Notes: generated by a model from the letters alone, not told the origin. Positions 10,018-19,516 are shown, counted from the first letter of the stretch. The stretch: DNA of 55,405 bases from Trueperaceae bacterium (GCA_035654755.1 DASRWD010000013.1:1-55405), one strand, 5' to 3'. Numbers and translations: made by a program.

Positions 10018-11444
10018 GCCATGACCTCGCGGCGCACACCGAACACCTCGCGCGCGTCGGAGACGACGCCGGTGACGGCGGCGGCCGCGACCATCACGGG
10101 GCTCATGAGGACGGTACGGCCGGTAGGAGATCCCTGCCTGCCCTTGAAGTTGCGGTTCGAAGACGACGCGCAGAGCTGGTCGCCGACGAGCTTGTCGGGG
10201 TTCATGGCCAGACACATCGAGCAGCCGGCAGCACGCCATTCGAAGCCGGCCGTCTGAAGAACGCGGTCGATGCCCCTCTGCTCGCACTCCGCCTTGACGC
10301 GCTCGGAGCCAGGCACAGCGATCGCCTTCACGCCCGGGTGCACGCGGCGCCCCTCGAGGAACCGCGCTACCTCGACGAAGTCGGATAGCCGCGCGTTGGT
10401 GCATGAGCCGAGGAAGGCTACGTCGATCCTGGTGCCTGTCATCGGCCTTCCGCCCTCGAGGCCCATGTGCGCGAGCGCCTCCTCGACGGCAGGCCGCTCA
10501 CCTTCGGAAACGTCCTGGGGCGAGGGGATGGGCTCGTCTATCGCGACGGACTGTCCGGGGTTGAGCCCCCAGGTCACGGTGGGAGGCACGTCCTCGGCGC
10601 GGATGATCACGACGTCGTCGTACTCGCAGCCGGTGTCGGACCCGAACGACAGCCAGCTCTGGACCGCAGCGTCCCACTCGGCCGCGGTGGGGGCGTACCG
10701 TCTGCCCTCGAGGTACGCGACCGTGGTCGCGTCTGGGTTCACGTACCCGAAGCGCGCACCGCCCTCGACCGACATGTTGCACACGGTCATGCGCTCCTCC
10801 ATGCTCATCGAATCGAAGACGTCACCGGCGTACTCGTACGCGTAGCCGACTCCGCCCTTCACGCCGAGCGTACGGATGATATGGAGGACCACGTCCTTAG
10901 CGTAGACTCCCGGTCCCAGCCTCCCGTTGACCTCGATGCGCCGCAGTTTCGGCTTGGAGAGCGCGAGCGTCTGGGTGGCCAGCACGTCGCGGACCTCGCG
11001 CGTGCCTATGCCGAACGCGATGGCGCCGAAGGCCCCATGGGTGCTCGTGTGGCTGTCACCGCACACGATCGTGGTTCCAGGCTGCGTTATGCCGAGCTCT
11101 GGCCCCACCATGTGGACGATCCCCTGGTTGCCGGAGCCCACGTCGAAGAACGGGACCGCGTGTTCGGCGACGTTGCGCCGCAGCGCCGTGATCATCTCCT
11201 GCGCCATGGGGTCCTCGAAGGGCTCGGCCCGCGTGTGGGTGGGCACGATGTGATCGACGGTGGCGAACGTGCGCTCCGGCATGAGCACGTTCAGGCCCAG
11301 GTCCTTAAGCATCGCGAACGCCTGGGGGCTCGTCACCTCGTGGACCAGGTGTGTGTCTATGAAGAGCTGCGTCTGGCCGTTCGCCAGGTCGCGAACCGCG
11401 TGCGTCTCCCACACCTTGTCGAGGAGGCTCTTTGGTCTTGACAT
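10014..11444 (-). CDS. leuC: 3-isopropylmalate dehydratase large subunit
   Basis: [24 protein letters not shown] and GSCTNARL aconitase-family motifs. ATG lies 6 nt after GAGAGGA. Confidence 0.95.
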   Translation of the reverse strand: MSRPKSLLDKVWETHAVRDLANGQTQLFIDTHLVHEVTSPQAFAMLKDLGLNVLMPERTFATVDHIVPTHTRAEPFEDPMAQEMITALRRNVAEHAVPFFDVGSGNQGIVHMVGPELGITQPGTTIVCGDSHTSTHGAFGAIAFGIGTREVRDVLATQTLALSKPKLRRIEVNGRLGPGVYAKDVVLHIIRTLGVKGGVGYAYEYAGDVFDSMSMEERMTVCNMSVEGGARFGYVNPDATTVAYLEGRRYAPTAAEWDAAVQSWLSFGSDTGCEYDDVVIIRAEDVPPTVTWGLNPGQSVAIDEPIPSPQDVSEGERPAVEEALAHMGLEGGRPMTGTRIDVAFLGSCTNARLSDFVEVARFLEGRRVHPGVKAIAVPGSERVKAECEQRGIDRVLQTAGFEWRAAGCSMCLAMNPDKLVGDQLCASSSNRNFKGRQGSPTGRTVLMSPVMVAAAAVTGVVSDAREVFGVRREVMA

Positions 11445-11478
11445 CTAGGTTCCTCTCGCCCGCGCAAGCATACGAAGA

Positions 11479-11505
11479 GACCCCAGCCGCGGGTGGGCCG
11501 GGGTC
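11479..11505 (-). terminator. strong hairpin (10-bp stem, 7-nt loop) 34 nt upstream of leuC; candidate attenuator/terminator
   Basis: Minus-strand RNA is GACCCCGGCC-CACCCGC-GGCUGGGGUC (one G.U pair), followed by UCUUCGUAUGCUU. Confidence 0.4.
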
Positions 11506-11557
11506 TGTCGGAGATCCTGAGTTCGTACCCGCTCGTGGGGACGTGCTCCTGGGTCGC

Positions 11558-11635
11558 CTAGGCCCCTATCACGGCTAGTAGCGACGCTGCGCTACCGGCG
11601 TGCGTGACGACTTGAACGGGGCGACCAGAAGGCAT
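11558..11635 (-). CDS. candidate 25-aa leader peptide MPSGRPVQVVTHAGSAASLLAVIGA
   Basis: ATG lies 7 nt downstream of a TATACT -10 box. Rare codons CTA-CTA (Leu-Leu) and ATA (Ile) plus GTG (Val) cluster just before the stop. Translated by hand; the ORF is below the track size cutoff. Confidence 0.3.
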   Translation of the reverse strand: MPSGRPVQVVTHAGSAASLLAVIGA

Positions 11636-11642
11636 GGCCGGA

Positions 11643-11672
11643 AGTATAAGTTCAGCCTGGAAGGGGCGTCAA
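11643..11672 (-). promoter_or_regulatory. sigma-70-type promoter TTGACG-N18-TATACT for the leuCDB-ilvD leader
   Basis: On the minus strand, -35 TTGACG is at 11672..11667 and -10 TATACT at 11648..11643. Confidence 0.5.
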
Positions 11673-12796
11673 CTGAGCCCGGTGTGAGAGGCAGCGGGCG
11701 TGGCGGCCGGTCGCGCGGGAGCTCGGCGCCCGCCGTCACGCAGCCTGTCGGCCAGCCCGTGGTGGCGCAGGAACGTCATGACGCGCTCGTCGCGCCGGTA
11801 GGGGAAGCCGAACATCTGGGTCTGTAGTGCGGCACCGTAGTTGGCTTCGAGGATCGTGAAGCCATCCGGCGTGCCGGGCGCGACGACGATGTCCCAACCC
11901 ACGTACGTCAGGTAGGCGTGTGCCGCCATGAACTCGTGCAGGCGGTCCAACACTCGCCTAAGGCCCGGTACCTCGACCCCGGCGATCGGTGAGCCGGTGT
12001 CGGGGTGGTCGTCGTGCCAGACGAGCCGGGGCGCGCCGAAGGGGTACGTGCAAGCGGGACCCAGCCTGTGGGTGTCCGGGTCGAGCCGGCCCATGACGCC
12101 GCCGCTCGACTGGTTGTCCACCGGTGCCGATGCGCGGGTGCCGAACCTGTGGGCCATCGCCGACACGAACGGCTGGTTGCCCGTGCCTTCGCCGCCGAAC
12201 ATGACGACACGCACCGTGTTCGTGCTGTCGGGGAAGACCTTCGCTGCGTACTCCGCCTGCCGCGCGAACCCTACGACGAGCATGCCGTCGCGTTCGAGGA
12301 GCGCCCTCTCCACGTCGCTGGGCGTCGCTTGCTTTCCGTCGAGCAGCAGTTCGCCGCCGGTGCGGGCGAGCGAGTGCACGCGCCTGCCCTTCTGGCCGTC
12401 TATGGGCTTGAGGATGAGGGGTCCGTCCTCCAACATCTCGATCAGCCTGCCCAGGCTCGTCACGCCGCGGTCCGCCACCGGCTTTAGTCGGCCGTTGGCC
12501 GCGATGGCCAGCACCGGCGGCATGGGCAGCTCGCTGGAGTACGTGTGCCAGAAGAGCAGTTTGTTGCCAAGCAGGTTCATGGCCGTGGGGCCGTTGGTGC
12601 GCAGCAGTGGGCCCCACATGTCGTTGGGGACGAAGTCGTCCGGGTCGTTGTTGGCCAGGTCGTAGAGGAGGAAGGCCTCGCCCGTGAAGCCCAACCTGAC
12701 CATCTCGAATCGGTGACGGTAAGGCACGGCCGCCTTGTCCAGGTACGCCTTGCCGGCGTCCTTCAGCAGCCTCACTGGTCCTCGATCAGGGCGCAT
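11669..12796 (-). CDS. ATP-grasp domain protein (glutamate-ligase / sugar-transfer-associated type)
   Basis: LILKPIDGQKGRRVH and the C-terminal GWDIVV...FTILEANYG motif are typical ATP-grasp signatures. ATG lies 6 nt after GAGGGGG and 23 nt after the pilT stop. Confidence 0.6.
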   Translation of the reverse strand: MRPDRGPVRLLKDAGKAYLDKAAVPYRHRFEMVRLGFTGEAFLLYDLANNDPDDFVPNDMWGPLLRTNGPTAMNLLGNKLLFWHTYSSELPMPPVLAIAANGRLKPVADRGVTSLGRLIEMLEDGPLILKPIDGQKGRRVHSLARTGGELLLDGKQATPSDVERALLERDGMLVVGFARQAEYAAKVFPDSTNTVRVVMFGGEGTGNQPFVSAMAHRFGTRASAPVDNQSSGGVMGRLDPDTHRLGPACTYPFGAPRLVWHDDHPDTGSPIAGVEVPGLRRVLDRLHEFMAAHAYLTYVGWDIVVAPGTPDGFTILEANYGAALQTQMFGFPYRRDERVMTFLRHHGLADRLRDGGRRAPARPAATPAASHTGLS

Positions 12797-12819
12797 CCGC
12801 TACCCCCTCATGCGGCCGA

Positions 12820-14025
12820 TCAGGAGGAGCGTCCACCTCGCCCGATCGCGGGCGGGCCGCTCATGCGTCCCATCTCGGGGCCGATGCGGGTGGTGACCGG
12901 CGTTCCGTTGCCGGTACCTTCCTGTCCGGCCATGCCGCCGGTCGTGACGAGCCTCTCGAACTCCTTGGAGTCCACGCTGCGCGACAGGCCGGTCTCGAAC
13001 GAGATCATCTTCTTCAGGTGCAGCTCGGCCAGGCAGGCGTCCATGGTCACCATGCCGATCTGCCCGCTCGTTTGGATGGAGCCCGGGATCTGGTGCGACT
13101 TGCCCTCGCGGATCTGGTTGCGGATCGCGGGGGTCGCGAGCAGGAACTCGTACGCCAGCACGCGGCCCTCGCCGTTCATGCGCGGGACCAGCTGCTGAGT
13201 GAGGATGGCCTGCAGGTTGTTCGCCAACTGCACGCGCACCTGCTCCTGCTGGGCTTCGGGGAAGACGTCGATGATGCGGTCTATCGCCTCTGACGCCGAG
13301 TTCGTGTGGAGCGTCGCCATGACGAGGTGCCCGGTCTCGGCGGCGGTCACTGCGGCACCGATGGTCTCGTGGTCACGCATCTCGCCGACGAGGATGACGT
13401 CCGGGGCCTGCCTGAGCACGCTCCGGAGGGCGTTGTTGAAGTTCTGAGTGTCCTCGCCCACCTCGCGCTGGTTGATGATCGACTGCTTGTGGCGGTGGAA
13501 GAACTCGATGGGGTCTTCGACCGTCACGATGTGCTTCGGGTAGTCGGCGTTGATCAGGTCGATCATCGTCGCGAGGGTCGTCGACTTGCCCGAGCCAGTG
13601 GGGCCCGTCACCAACACGAGGCCGCGCGGCAGGCGCGCGACGTTGGCCACCTCGTCGGGTAGGCCCAGCTCGGCGAAGGAGAGAACCTCCTCCGATATCG
13701 TGCGCATGACGCCGCCAACGGAGCCGCGCTGGACGAAGACGTTGACGCGGAAGCGACCGTGACCCGAGAGGCTGAACGAGAAGTCGAGGTCCTTCTTCTC
13801 CTCGAAGTTGCGCTGCTTCTTCTCGTCCATGAGGGCGTACATGAGCCGCCGCGTCATGGTGGGGGAGAGCACCTCGTGCTCCGTAGGGCGCCACTCGCCG
13901 TGCACGCGCAGCATGGGAGGCAGTCCCACCGTGAGCAGGAGGTCCGATGCCTTGCGCTCTATCGCGATCTTCAGCAGGTCGACGATATCGGCCTGTATCT
14001 GGGTCGATCTGATCTGGTCAGCCAT
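12820..14025 (-). CDS. pilT: type IV pilus twitching motility ATPase PilT
   Basis: GLVLVTGPTGSGKSTT Walker A, DVILVGEMRD Walker B and ATLHTNSA His box. Confidence 0.95.
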   Translation of the reverse strand: MADQIRSTQIQADIVDLLKIAIERKASDLLLTVGLPPMLRVHGEWRPTEHEVLSPTMTRRLMYALMDEKKQRNFEEKKDLDFSFSLSGHGRFRVNVFVQRGSVGGVMRTISEEVLSFAELGLPDEVANVARLPRGLVLVTGPTGSGKSTTLATMIDLINADYPKHIVTVEDPIEFFHRHKQSIINQREVGEDTQNFNNALRSVLRQAPDVILVGEMRDHETIGAAVTAAETGHLVMATLHTNSASEAIDRIIDVFPEAQQEQVRVQLANNLQAILTQQLVPRMNGEGRVLAYEFLLATPAIRNQIREGKSHQIPGSIQTSGQIGMVTMDACLAELHLKKMISFETGLSRSVDSKEFERLVTTGGMAGQEGTGNGTPVTTRIGPEMGRMSGPPAIGRGGRSS

Positions 14026-14121
14026 AAAGGGTTACGCGTCCTCTCGCTGGCGTCACGCTAGCGCGCCCGTCATCACGGGTCTCTGACGAATCACACATCT
14101 GAGCGCTGGCCCCCCGCGGGC

Positions 14122-16791
14122 TCACTCCGACGTGCGGGCGAGTACCTCTTCCAACGTGGTTATGCCCTGAAGCGCCTTGTTGATGCCATCGTCCCTGAGG
14201 GAGCGCATGCCGTGTTGCATCGCGAGCTCCCTTATCTCGAAGGCCGAGGCTTCCTTGACGATCGCGGTGCGGATCTCGTCGTCGATGACGAGGAGCTCGT
14301 GGATGGCGTAACGCCCGTTGTACCCGCTGCCTCCGCACTTCTCACAGCCGACGCCGCGGTAGAGGACCTTGCCTTTTATCTCCTCGTCCTTCATGCCGAG
14401 GCGCCGCAGGACGTCGGGCTCGGGCGTGGACGCGACCTTGCAGTCCTTGCACACCTTGCGAACCAGTCGTTGCGCGAGGACGCCGAGAAGCGAGGCGGAG
14501 ACGTTGAACGGTTCGATGCCCATCTCCGTGAGGCGCGTCACGGCGCCGGCGGAGTCGTTCGTGTGCAGGGTGGCGATGAGGAGGTGACCGGTCAGTGCGG
14601 CTTCCATCGAGATCTTCGCGGTCTCGTGGTCACGGATCTCACCGACCATGATGATGTCGGGGTCCTGCCGGAGGAAAGAGCGCAGCGCCCTGGCGAAGTC
14701 GAGACCCGCCTTCACGTTCACCTGGGTCTGGTTGATGCCGGGGATCTCGTACTCGACCGGGTCTTCGATGGTCGTGACGTTGACGTCCGGCGTCGCGATG
14801 CGCTTGAGGATCGAGAAGGTGGTGAACGACTTACCGGAACCCGTGGGGCCGGTGATGAGGAACATGCCGTACGGCTTCTTGATTATGTCTTCGAAGCTCT
14901 GGAAGTTGTAGTCGGCGAAGCCGAGCTCCTCGATCTCGGGGATGTCCGTGGCCTTCTTCAGGATGCGCATGACCGTCTTCTCGCCGTAGACGGTGGGCAG
15001 GGTCGAGAGGCGCAGGTCGACCTCCAGGTTGCGGTCCTTGAACCGCACGCGGCCGTCCTGCGGCAGGCGGCGCTCGGCGATGTTGAGCCCACCCATGATC
15101 TTGATGCGGGAGGACAGCGCCGGGGCGGTCACCTTCGGCATCGTCATGTACTCGCGCAAGGACCCGTCCTTGCGCACGCGGACGATCACGCGCTCGGGCC
15201 GCGGCTCGATGTGGATGTCCGAGATGTCGTTGATGATGGCGTCACGGATGATGTTGTTGACGACGCGCACGAGGGCGTTGTCGTCGATCGCGGAGCTCTC
15301 TTCGTCGTCTTGTTCCTTGCCCGTGTTGCTGGCGACCTCTTCGACGACGGCGCGCGCCAGCTCGTCCATGTCCGTGCCGTCGCGGTAGTAGCGGTTGAGG
15401 AGGCGCGTGAGCGTCTCCTCGGTAGAGACGGCAGGCTGGATCTCGCGACCGGTTATGAGCTGGATGTCGTCCAACGCGAAGACGTGGCGCGGGTCCTTCA
15501 TGGCGACGACGAGCGTGTTGCCCTCGAGCCTGACGGGCATCGCCGTGTAGCGCCTCGCGGTGGCCTCCGGGACGAGGCTGACCGCGTACGGGTCGACTTG
15601 CACGTTCTCCTCGACGAACGGGAAGCCGAGCTGCATCGCGAGGCTGCGCGCCAGCATGTCCGGGCTGATCTTGCCGGACTGCACGAGCGTGTCCTCGAGG
15701 CGGCCGCCGCCCGCCCGCTGCTTGTTGAGGGCTTCGTCCACGTCGCCCTGCGTCACGTAGCCGAGGTCTACGAGGATCTCGCCGAGGGGTTTGACGCTGC
15801 CGAGCTTCGTCTGCTCCTCGAGCGCGCGCCTCAACTGCTCACGCTTCAAGCGGCGGCTCTGCAGGAGGGTCTCTCCGAGGCGGCCCTTGTCGTCCGCGTA
15901 AAGCCTGTCTATGCGCTTCTGTACGGCGCCTTCCGGTGCCGCCACGAACCGCACGGTGCGGTTCACGATGGCCTCGATGTCCGGCATGCGGCGAGGGTCC
16001 GCGATGGCGACGACGAGGACGTCGTCCTCAATCTTGTAGGGCACGGCCGAGAACTGGACGGCGTCGAGCCGCAGCAGGGTGGTGCCGAGCTTGTCGGAGA
16101 TCGCCTCGTCGTCCAGATCCGGGACGTACTCGATGTTCATCTGCTGGGCGAGAAGCTGTGCCAGCGCGTCCTCGGCCAGGTGACCCAACTGCACGAGGAT
16201 GCGGCCGAGCAGGCCGCCGGTGCGCTGCTGCTCCGCGATCGCGTCCTCTAGTTGCTGTTCCGTGATCAGGCCCTTGCCGACCGCGAGGTTGCCGAGACGC
16301 TGACTTATGTCGACGTCGACGTCTACGGGGGGCTCGAGGCCGAGCTCTGGGTAGTACGTCGCCAGCGCCCACTGAAGCTCTTTGTGGAGTGCCTGGTAGG
16401 GCTCGACGAGGCAGCCGGAAGCGTCCTCGACCTCCTCTATGAGGAGAGCGTCGAGCGGGTCCACGAACGCCACGCGCAGACGGTCACCATCGAGCGCGAA
16501 CGGCATGGCCAGCAGCTCGGAAGCGAGCGTGCCCGGTACCTTCGCCAGAGCGTCGCCCATGACGTCGACGCGCGGTAGGTTGACTAGCGGGATGCCGATC
16601 GACTCCTCGACGGCGCGGGCGATGCGCTGCTCGGAGATGACGCCGAGTTGCATGAGGATGTCAGCCAGACGGCCGCCCACCTCGGAGTGGCGCGCGATCG
16701 CTTGTTGGAGCGCGTCGTCGGTGACGTATCCACGCTCGAGAAGAACGGCGCCAAGTCGCTTGTCGCCGATCGAGAGAACTGCCAAGGTCAA
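14122..16791 (-). CDS. pilB: type IV pilus assembly ATPase PilB/PilF with three N-terminal GSPII (T2SSE_N) domains
   Basis: Three N-terminal repeats of the LG..L...G.I....L..A pattern. GMFLITGPTGSGKS Walker A. CKDC...CEKC tetracysteine motif. 889 aa. TTG start overlaps the yqeG stop (TTGA). Confidence 0.95.
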   Translation of the reverse strand: MTLAVLSIGDKRLGAVLLERGYVTDDALQQAIARHSEVGGRLADILMQLGVISEQRIARAVEESIGIPLVNLPRVDVMGDALAKVPGTLASELLAMPFALDGDRLRVAFVDPLDALLIEEVEDASGCLVEPYQALHKELQWALATYYPELGLEPPVDVDVDISQRLGNLAVGKGLITEQQLEDAIAEQQRTGGLLGRILVQLGHLAEDALAQLLAQQMNIEYVPDLDDEAISDKLGTTLLRLDAVQFSAVPYKIEDDVLVVAIADPRRMPDIEAIVNRTVRFVAAPEGAVQKRIDRLYADDKGRLGETLLQSRRLKREQLRRALEEQTKLGSVKPLGEILVDLGYVTQGDVDEALNKQRAGGGRLEDTLVQSGKISPDMLARSLAMQLGFPFVEENVQVDPYAVSLVPEATARRYTAMPVRLEGNTLVVAMKDPRHVFALDDIQLITGREIQPAVSTEETLTRLLNRYYRDGTDMDELARAVVEEVASNTGKEQDDEESSAIDDNALVRVVNNIIRDAIINDISDIHIEPRPERVIVRVRKDGSLREYMTMPKVTAPALSSRIKIMGGLNIAERRLPQDGRVRFKDRNLEVDLRLSTLPTVYGEKTVMRILKKATDIPEIEELGFADYNFQSFEDIIKKPYGMFLITGPTGSGKSFTTFSILKRIATPDVNVTTIEDPVEYEIPGINQTQVNVKAGLDFARALRSFLRQDPDIIMVGEIRDHETAKISMEAALTGHLLIATLHTNDSAGAVTRLTEMGIEPFNVSASLLGVLAQRLVRKVCKDCKVASTPEPDVLRRLGMKDEEIKGKVLYRGVGCEKCGGSGYNGRYAIHELLVIDDEIRTAIVKEASAFEIRELAMQHGMRSLRDDGINKALQGITTLEEVLARTSE

Positions 16792-17267
16792 CGCTCCTCG
16801 AGGAACATTCTCTCAAGCCTTCGGGCGAACCTGGTATGAGGAAGCTTACCCTTCGTCAGCGGCCTCACGAGGACCGTGACGAGCCCGGCACGCTTGGCTC
16901 CTAGTACGTCTGTGAACAGTTGATCTCCTACCATGGCAGTGTTCGTTGGCTCGGCGCCCGGCAGTAGCCGTAGCGCGCGCCTGAAGGCCCAGGCGAAGGG
17001 CTTGCCCGCCAACGCGATCCCGGGCACGCCCAAGACCTTACCTGTCCTCATCACGCGTTCATGTGCGCCGTTCGACAGTATGGCCACACCGAGTCCGGCG
17101 GTTAGCAGTTCGCCGACGATCTCCGCCACGCCGGTCGCCATGACCTCGCGGTCCGAAGCGATGAGCGTGTCATCGAGGTCGAGCAGCACGAAGCGCGCCC
17201 CCAAGCCTCTGAGCAGGTCGGGCGTCACCTGTGCCAGCGAGTCTAGGCGCACGTCCGGGCGCAGCAT
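16788..17267 (-). CDS. YqeG-family HAD-IIIA phosphatase
   Basis: 159-aa tail of the track ORF. LLDLDDTL (DxDxT) and VGDQLFTDVLGA motifs. ATG 17267 lies 6 nt after TATCCT. Confidence 0.8.
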   Translation of the reverse strand: MLRPDVRLDSLAQVTPDLLRGLGARFVLLDLDDTLIASDREVMATGVAEIVGELLTAGLGVAILSNGAHERVMRTGKVLGVPGIALAGKPFAWAFRRALRLLPGAEPTNTAMVGDQLFTDVLGAKRAGLVTVLVRPLTKGKLPHTRFARRLERMFLEER

Positions 17268-17361
17268 CGGCGGAGGATAGCACGCGTTTCCTGACGGCCG
17301 AATCACCCACTCGGCTATCGCCGCTGGTGAGTTCGTGCCGTTGCGGGCGGCGCGTTCCGGC

Positions 17362-18294
17362 TCACCGCTCCGTGGTCCCCGGTGGTCCGAGCGCCTCGCG
17401 CAAGGTGTCCGCGAACCCATCGTCGTCGATCCATGGATAGTGCCCGGCGTCGAGCAGTCCGAACACGGCGTTGGGCGCGGACCGGAGGACGGTCTCCGCT
17501 TGCGCCGGGTAGCTGGTCCGGTCGTGCCTGCCCGACAGCAGGACGACGCTCACCCCGGCCGCCGCCGCCGCGACGAGGTCCTCGACCGCGTCCTGCAGCC
17601 ACACGGAGTCGTCGATCTCGTCCGGCGTGTCGCCATGGAGCGCGACGGCGTCCACGTGCTCGAGGAAGAGTCGCGAGGAGGCGTTCGGGAACTGCATCTC
17701 GTCGAAAAGCACCTTCGGGTTGACGCGAGCGAACGCCTCGTCGACGAGGGCCCTCGGGTCGCTCGCCTCCGCATCCATGTCCGCGTCCGGCTCTTCGCCG
17801 AGGGCCTCGGCATGGAGGTCCCGCGCGAGCAGGGGCATCGAGATCCACGGGTTGACGAGCACCAGGCGCTTGATGCGGGACGGGTCGAGTCGCGCCGCGG
17901 TCGCCCCCACCACGGCGCCGTAGCCGTGGGCCAGCAAGGTCGCGTCCTCAACGCCCAGCGCGTCGAGGACAGCGAACACGTCGGCCGCCAGGAGCCGGTG
18001 GTCGCTAGTGCCTTCTCCGGTGCTGCGCCCGGCACCCCGCTGGTCTGCGTACACGACGTCGTACGCCTCGAGGTCGCCGCCCGCGATCTCCCGGAACGAC
18101 GAGGCGTTGTAGCCCGGACCGCCGTGCAGGAAGTAGACGGTGCGGACGTCGGACGGGCCTACCCTCTCCACGTAGAGGCTGGCGGGCCGGTCGCCTTCGT
18201 ACGCGGCACGCCCGCGGTCATCCAGTGCGACCTCGACCCGTGCCGCCTCGTCTCGGAAGCCGGGCGAGCGCTCACCGTTGCCGCCAGGGATCAC
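17362..18294 (-). CDS. alpha/beta hydrolase, proline-iminopeptidase-like (nucleophile position is Gly)
   Basis: FLHGGPG and ADQRGAGRS S33-type motifs. GTG 18294 overlaps the tatD stop (GTGA). The elbow reads AHGYGA where GGSWGS is expected. Confidence 0.75.
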   Translation of the reverse strand: MIPGGNGERSPGFRDEAARVEVALDDRGRAAYEGDRPASLYVERVGPSDVRTVYFLHGGPGYNASSFREIAGGDLEAYDVVYADQRGAGRSTGEGTSDHRLLAADVFAVLDALGVEDATLLAHGYGAVVGATAARLDPSRIKRLVLVNPWISMPLLARDLHAEALGEEPDADMDAEASDPRALVDEAFARVNPKVLFDEMQFPNASSRLFLEHVDAVALHGDTPDEIDDSVWLQDAVEDLVAAAAAGVSVVLLSGRHDRTSYPAQAETVLRSAPNAVFGLLDAGHYPWIDDDGFADTLREALGPPGTTER

Positions 18295-19079
18295 TGCCCA
18301 CCCCCTGTAGCGACCGAGGGGCCCCAACCGAAGAGACGCGCCGCGTTGGCATCGAGCACGCCCTCCAGATAGCGCTCGTCGACACCACGGACCTCGGCGA
18401 GCTTCGCGGCGGTGTGGCGTACCAGCGCCGGGGCGTTCGGCTTGCCGCGATGCGGGACTGGAGCAAGGAACGGGCTGTCGGTCTCCACGAGCAACCTGTC
18501 TTCCGGGACGTCTTTGGCCGCCTCGCGGATGGCTGCGGCCGAAGGGTAGGTGAGGTTCCCGGCGAACGACACGTGCCAGCCGGCCCGTAGACCGGCGTCC
18601 AGCAGCGTCACGTCGCCGTTGAAGCAGTGCAGTACGCCGTGGCGCAGGCCGGAGCCCGTTATCGCCTCGGCGGCTGCGCGACTGGCGTCGTCCTTGCCCT
18701 GCGCGTCGCGTACGTGCAGGACTAGCGGCTTGCCCAGGCGGGCGGCCAGGCCTGCGTGCCACTCGAACGCCTGCGCCTGGTCGGCAAGCGTCTCGTCATC
18801 CCAATGGGTGTCGAAGCCCGTCTCGCCAAGCGCCACGACGAGCGGGTCTTCCGCCAGCTCCTCGATACCGGCCCTTACGTCCGGATCAGCCGCTCGTGAT
18901 GCCTCGTTGGGATGCACGCCGACGGCGACTCGGACGTTCGGATGGCGGCCGGCGACGGCGAAAGCAGCGCGCGAGTCGCTTAGCGACGTGCCGACCGTGA
19001 CGAGCCAGTCCAGCCCCGAGGCGGTAACGGCGGCGTCGGGGTCGGGCATGCGCGTCAGGTGGCAGTGGGAGTCCGTCAT
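18291..19079 (-). CDS. tatD: TatD family metal-dependent hydrolase
   Basis: MTDSHCHL...GETGFD...HVRDA...HCFNG...ETDSPFL motifs. ATG 19079 lies 8 nt after TATCGT. An alternative start is at 19100. Confidence 0.85.
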   Translation of the reverse strand: MTDSHCHLTRMPDPDAAVTASGLDWLVTVGTSLSDSRAAFAVAGRHPNVRVAVGVHPNEASRAADPDVRAGIEELAEDPLVVALGETGFDTHWDDETLADQAQAFEWHAGLAARLGKPLVLHVRDAQGKDDASRAAAEAITGSGLRHGVLHCFNGDVTLLDAGLRAGWHVSFAGNLTYPSAAAIREAAKDVPEDRLLVETDSPFLAPVPHRGKPNAPALVRHTAAKLAEVRGVDERYLEGVLDANAARLFGWGPSVATGGGQ

Positions 19080-19256
19080 CAGGCGTAACGATAGCGTCAC
19101 GACCGCGTGAGGAAGCCCTTCCGCGTTCGACGCTCACGAAGGGCGCCGGATCCAGCACCGGTCCCCGTCGTCACCGGAGGCATCGCCCTGCCACACGGGA
19201 ACATCTTCGTGAGAGTTCTGTAAGAGCGAGCCCCGTATCTTCCGCAGCAGAGAGAT

Positions 19257-19460
19257 ATGGTCGACGACCGACCAGGAACGAGGCCCGGGATGGTACAGGG
19301 ACGTACGATGGCGGACGCCATCCGGTACTACAGCAACGAGGAGCTCAGCGAGATCATCTCGAAGTGCGAGTCGGCGATCACCGACGGTAGCGCCGAGATC
19401 GAAGACTACGAAGCTTTCGTGCTCTGCCAGAAGGAGTTGGCCCGCAGGACCTGGGCGTAA
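19257..19460 (+). CDS. small acidic hypothetical protein
   Basis: 67-aa track ORF with GC3-rich codons. No motif recognised, and the start is uncertain (19257 or 19308). Confidence 0.3.
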   Translation: MVDDRPGTRPGMVQGRTMADAIRYYSNEELSEIISKCESAITDGSAEIEDYEAFVLCQKELARRTWA

Positions 19461-19516
19461 CGCCCCCTGGAGACAGTTTCACATCCGGGCCACGCACCGC
19501 GCGCGTAGCATCTGTC

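Noticed and set aside
11445-11668. Possible T-box riboswitch upstream of leuC
   Set aside because: I could not find the conserved T-box sequence (GGTGGTACCGCG-like) or a specifier-loop arrangement on the minus strand. A leader peptide with a hairpin fits the sequence better.
14212-16251. 679-aa plus-strand ORF
   Set aside because: It lies entirely antisense to pilF, has low-complexity D/R/V/G/L composition, and carries no recognisable domain.
17335-18372. 345-aa plus-strand ORF
   Set aside because: It is antisense to the alpha/beta hydrolase and tatD genes. This is a shadow ORF.
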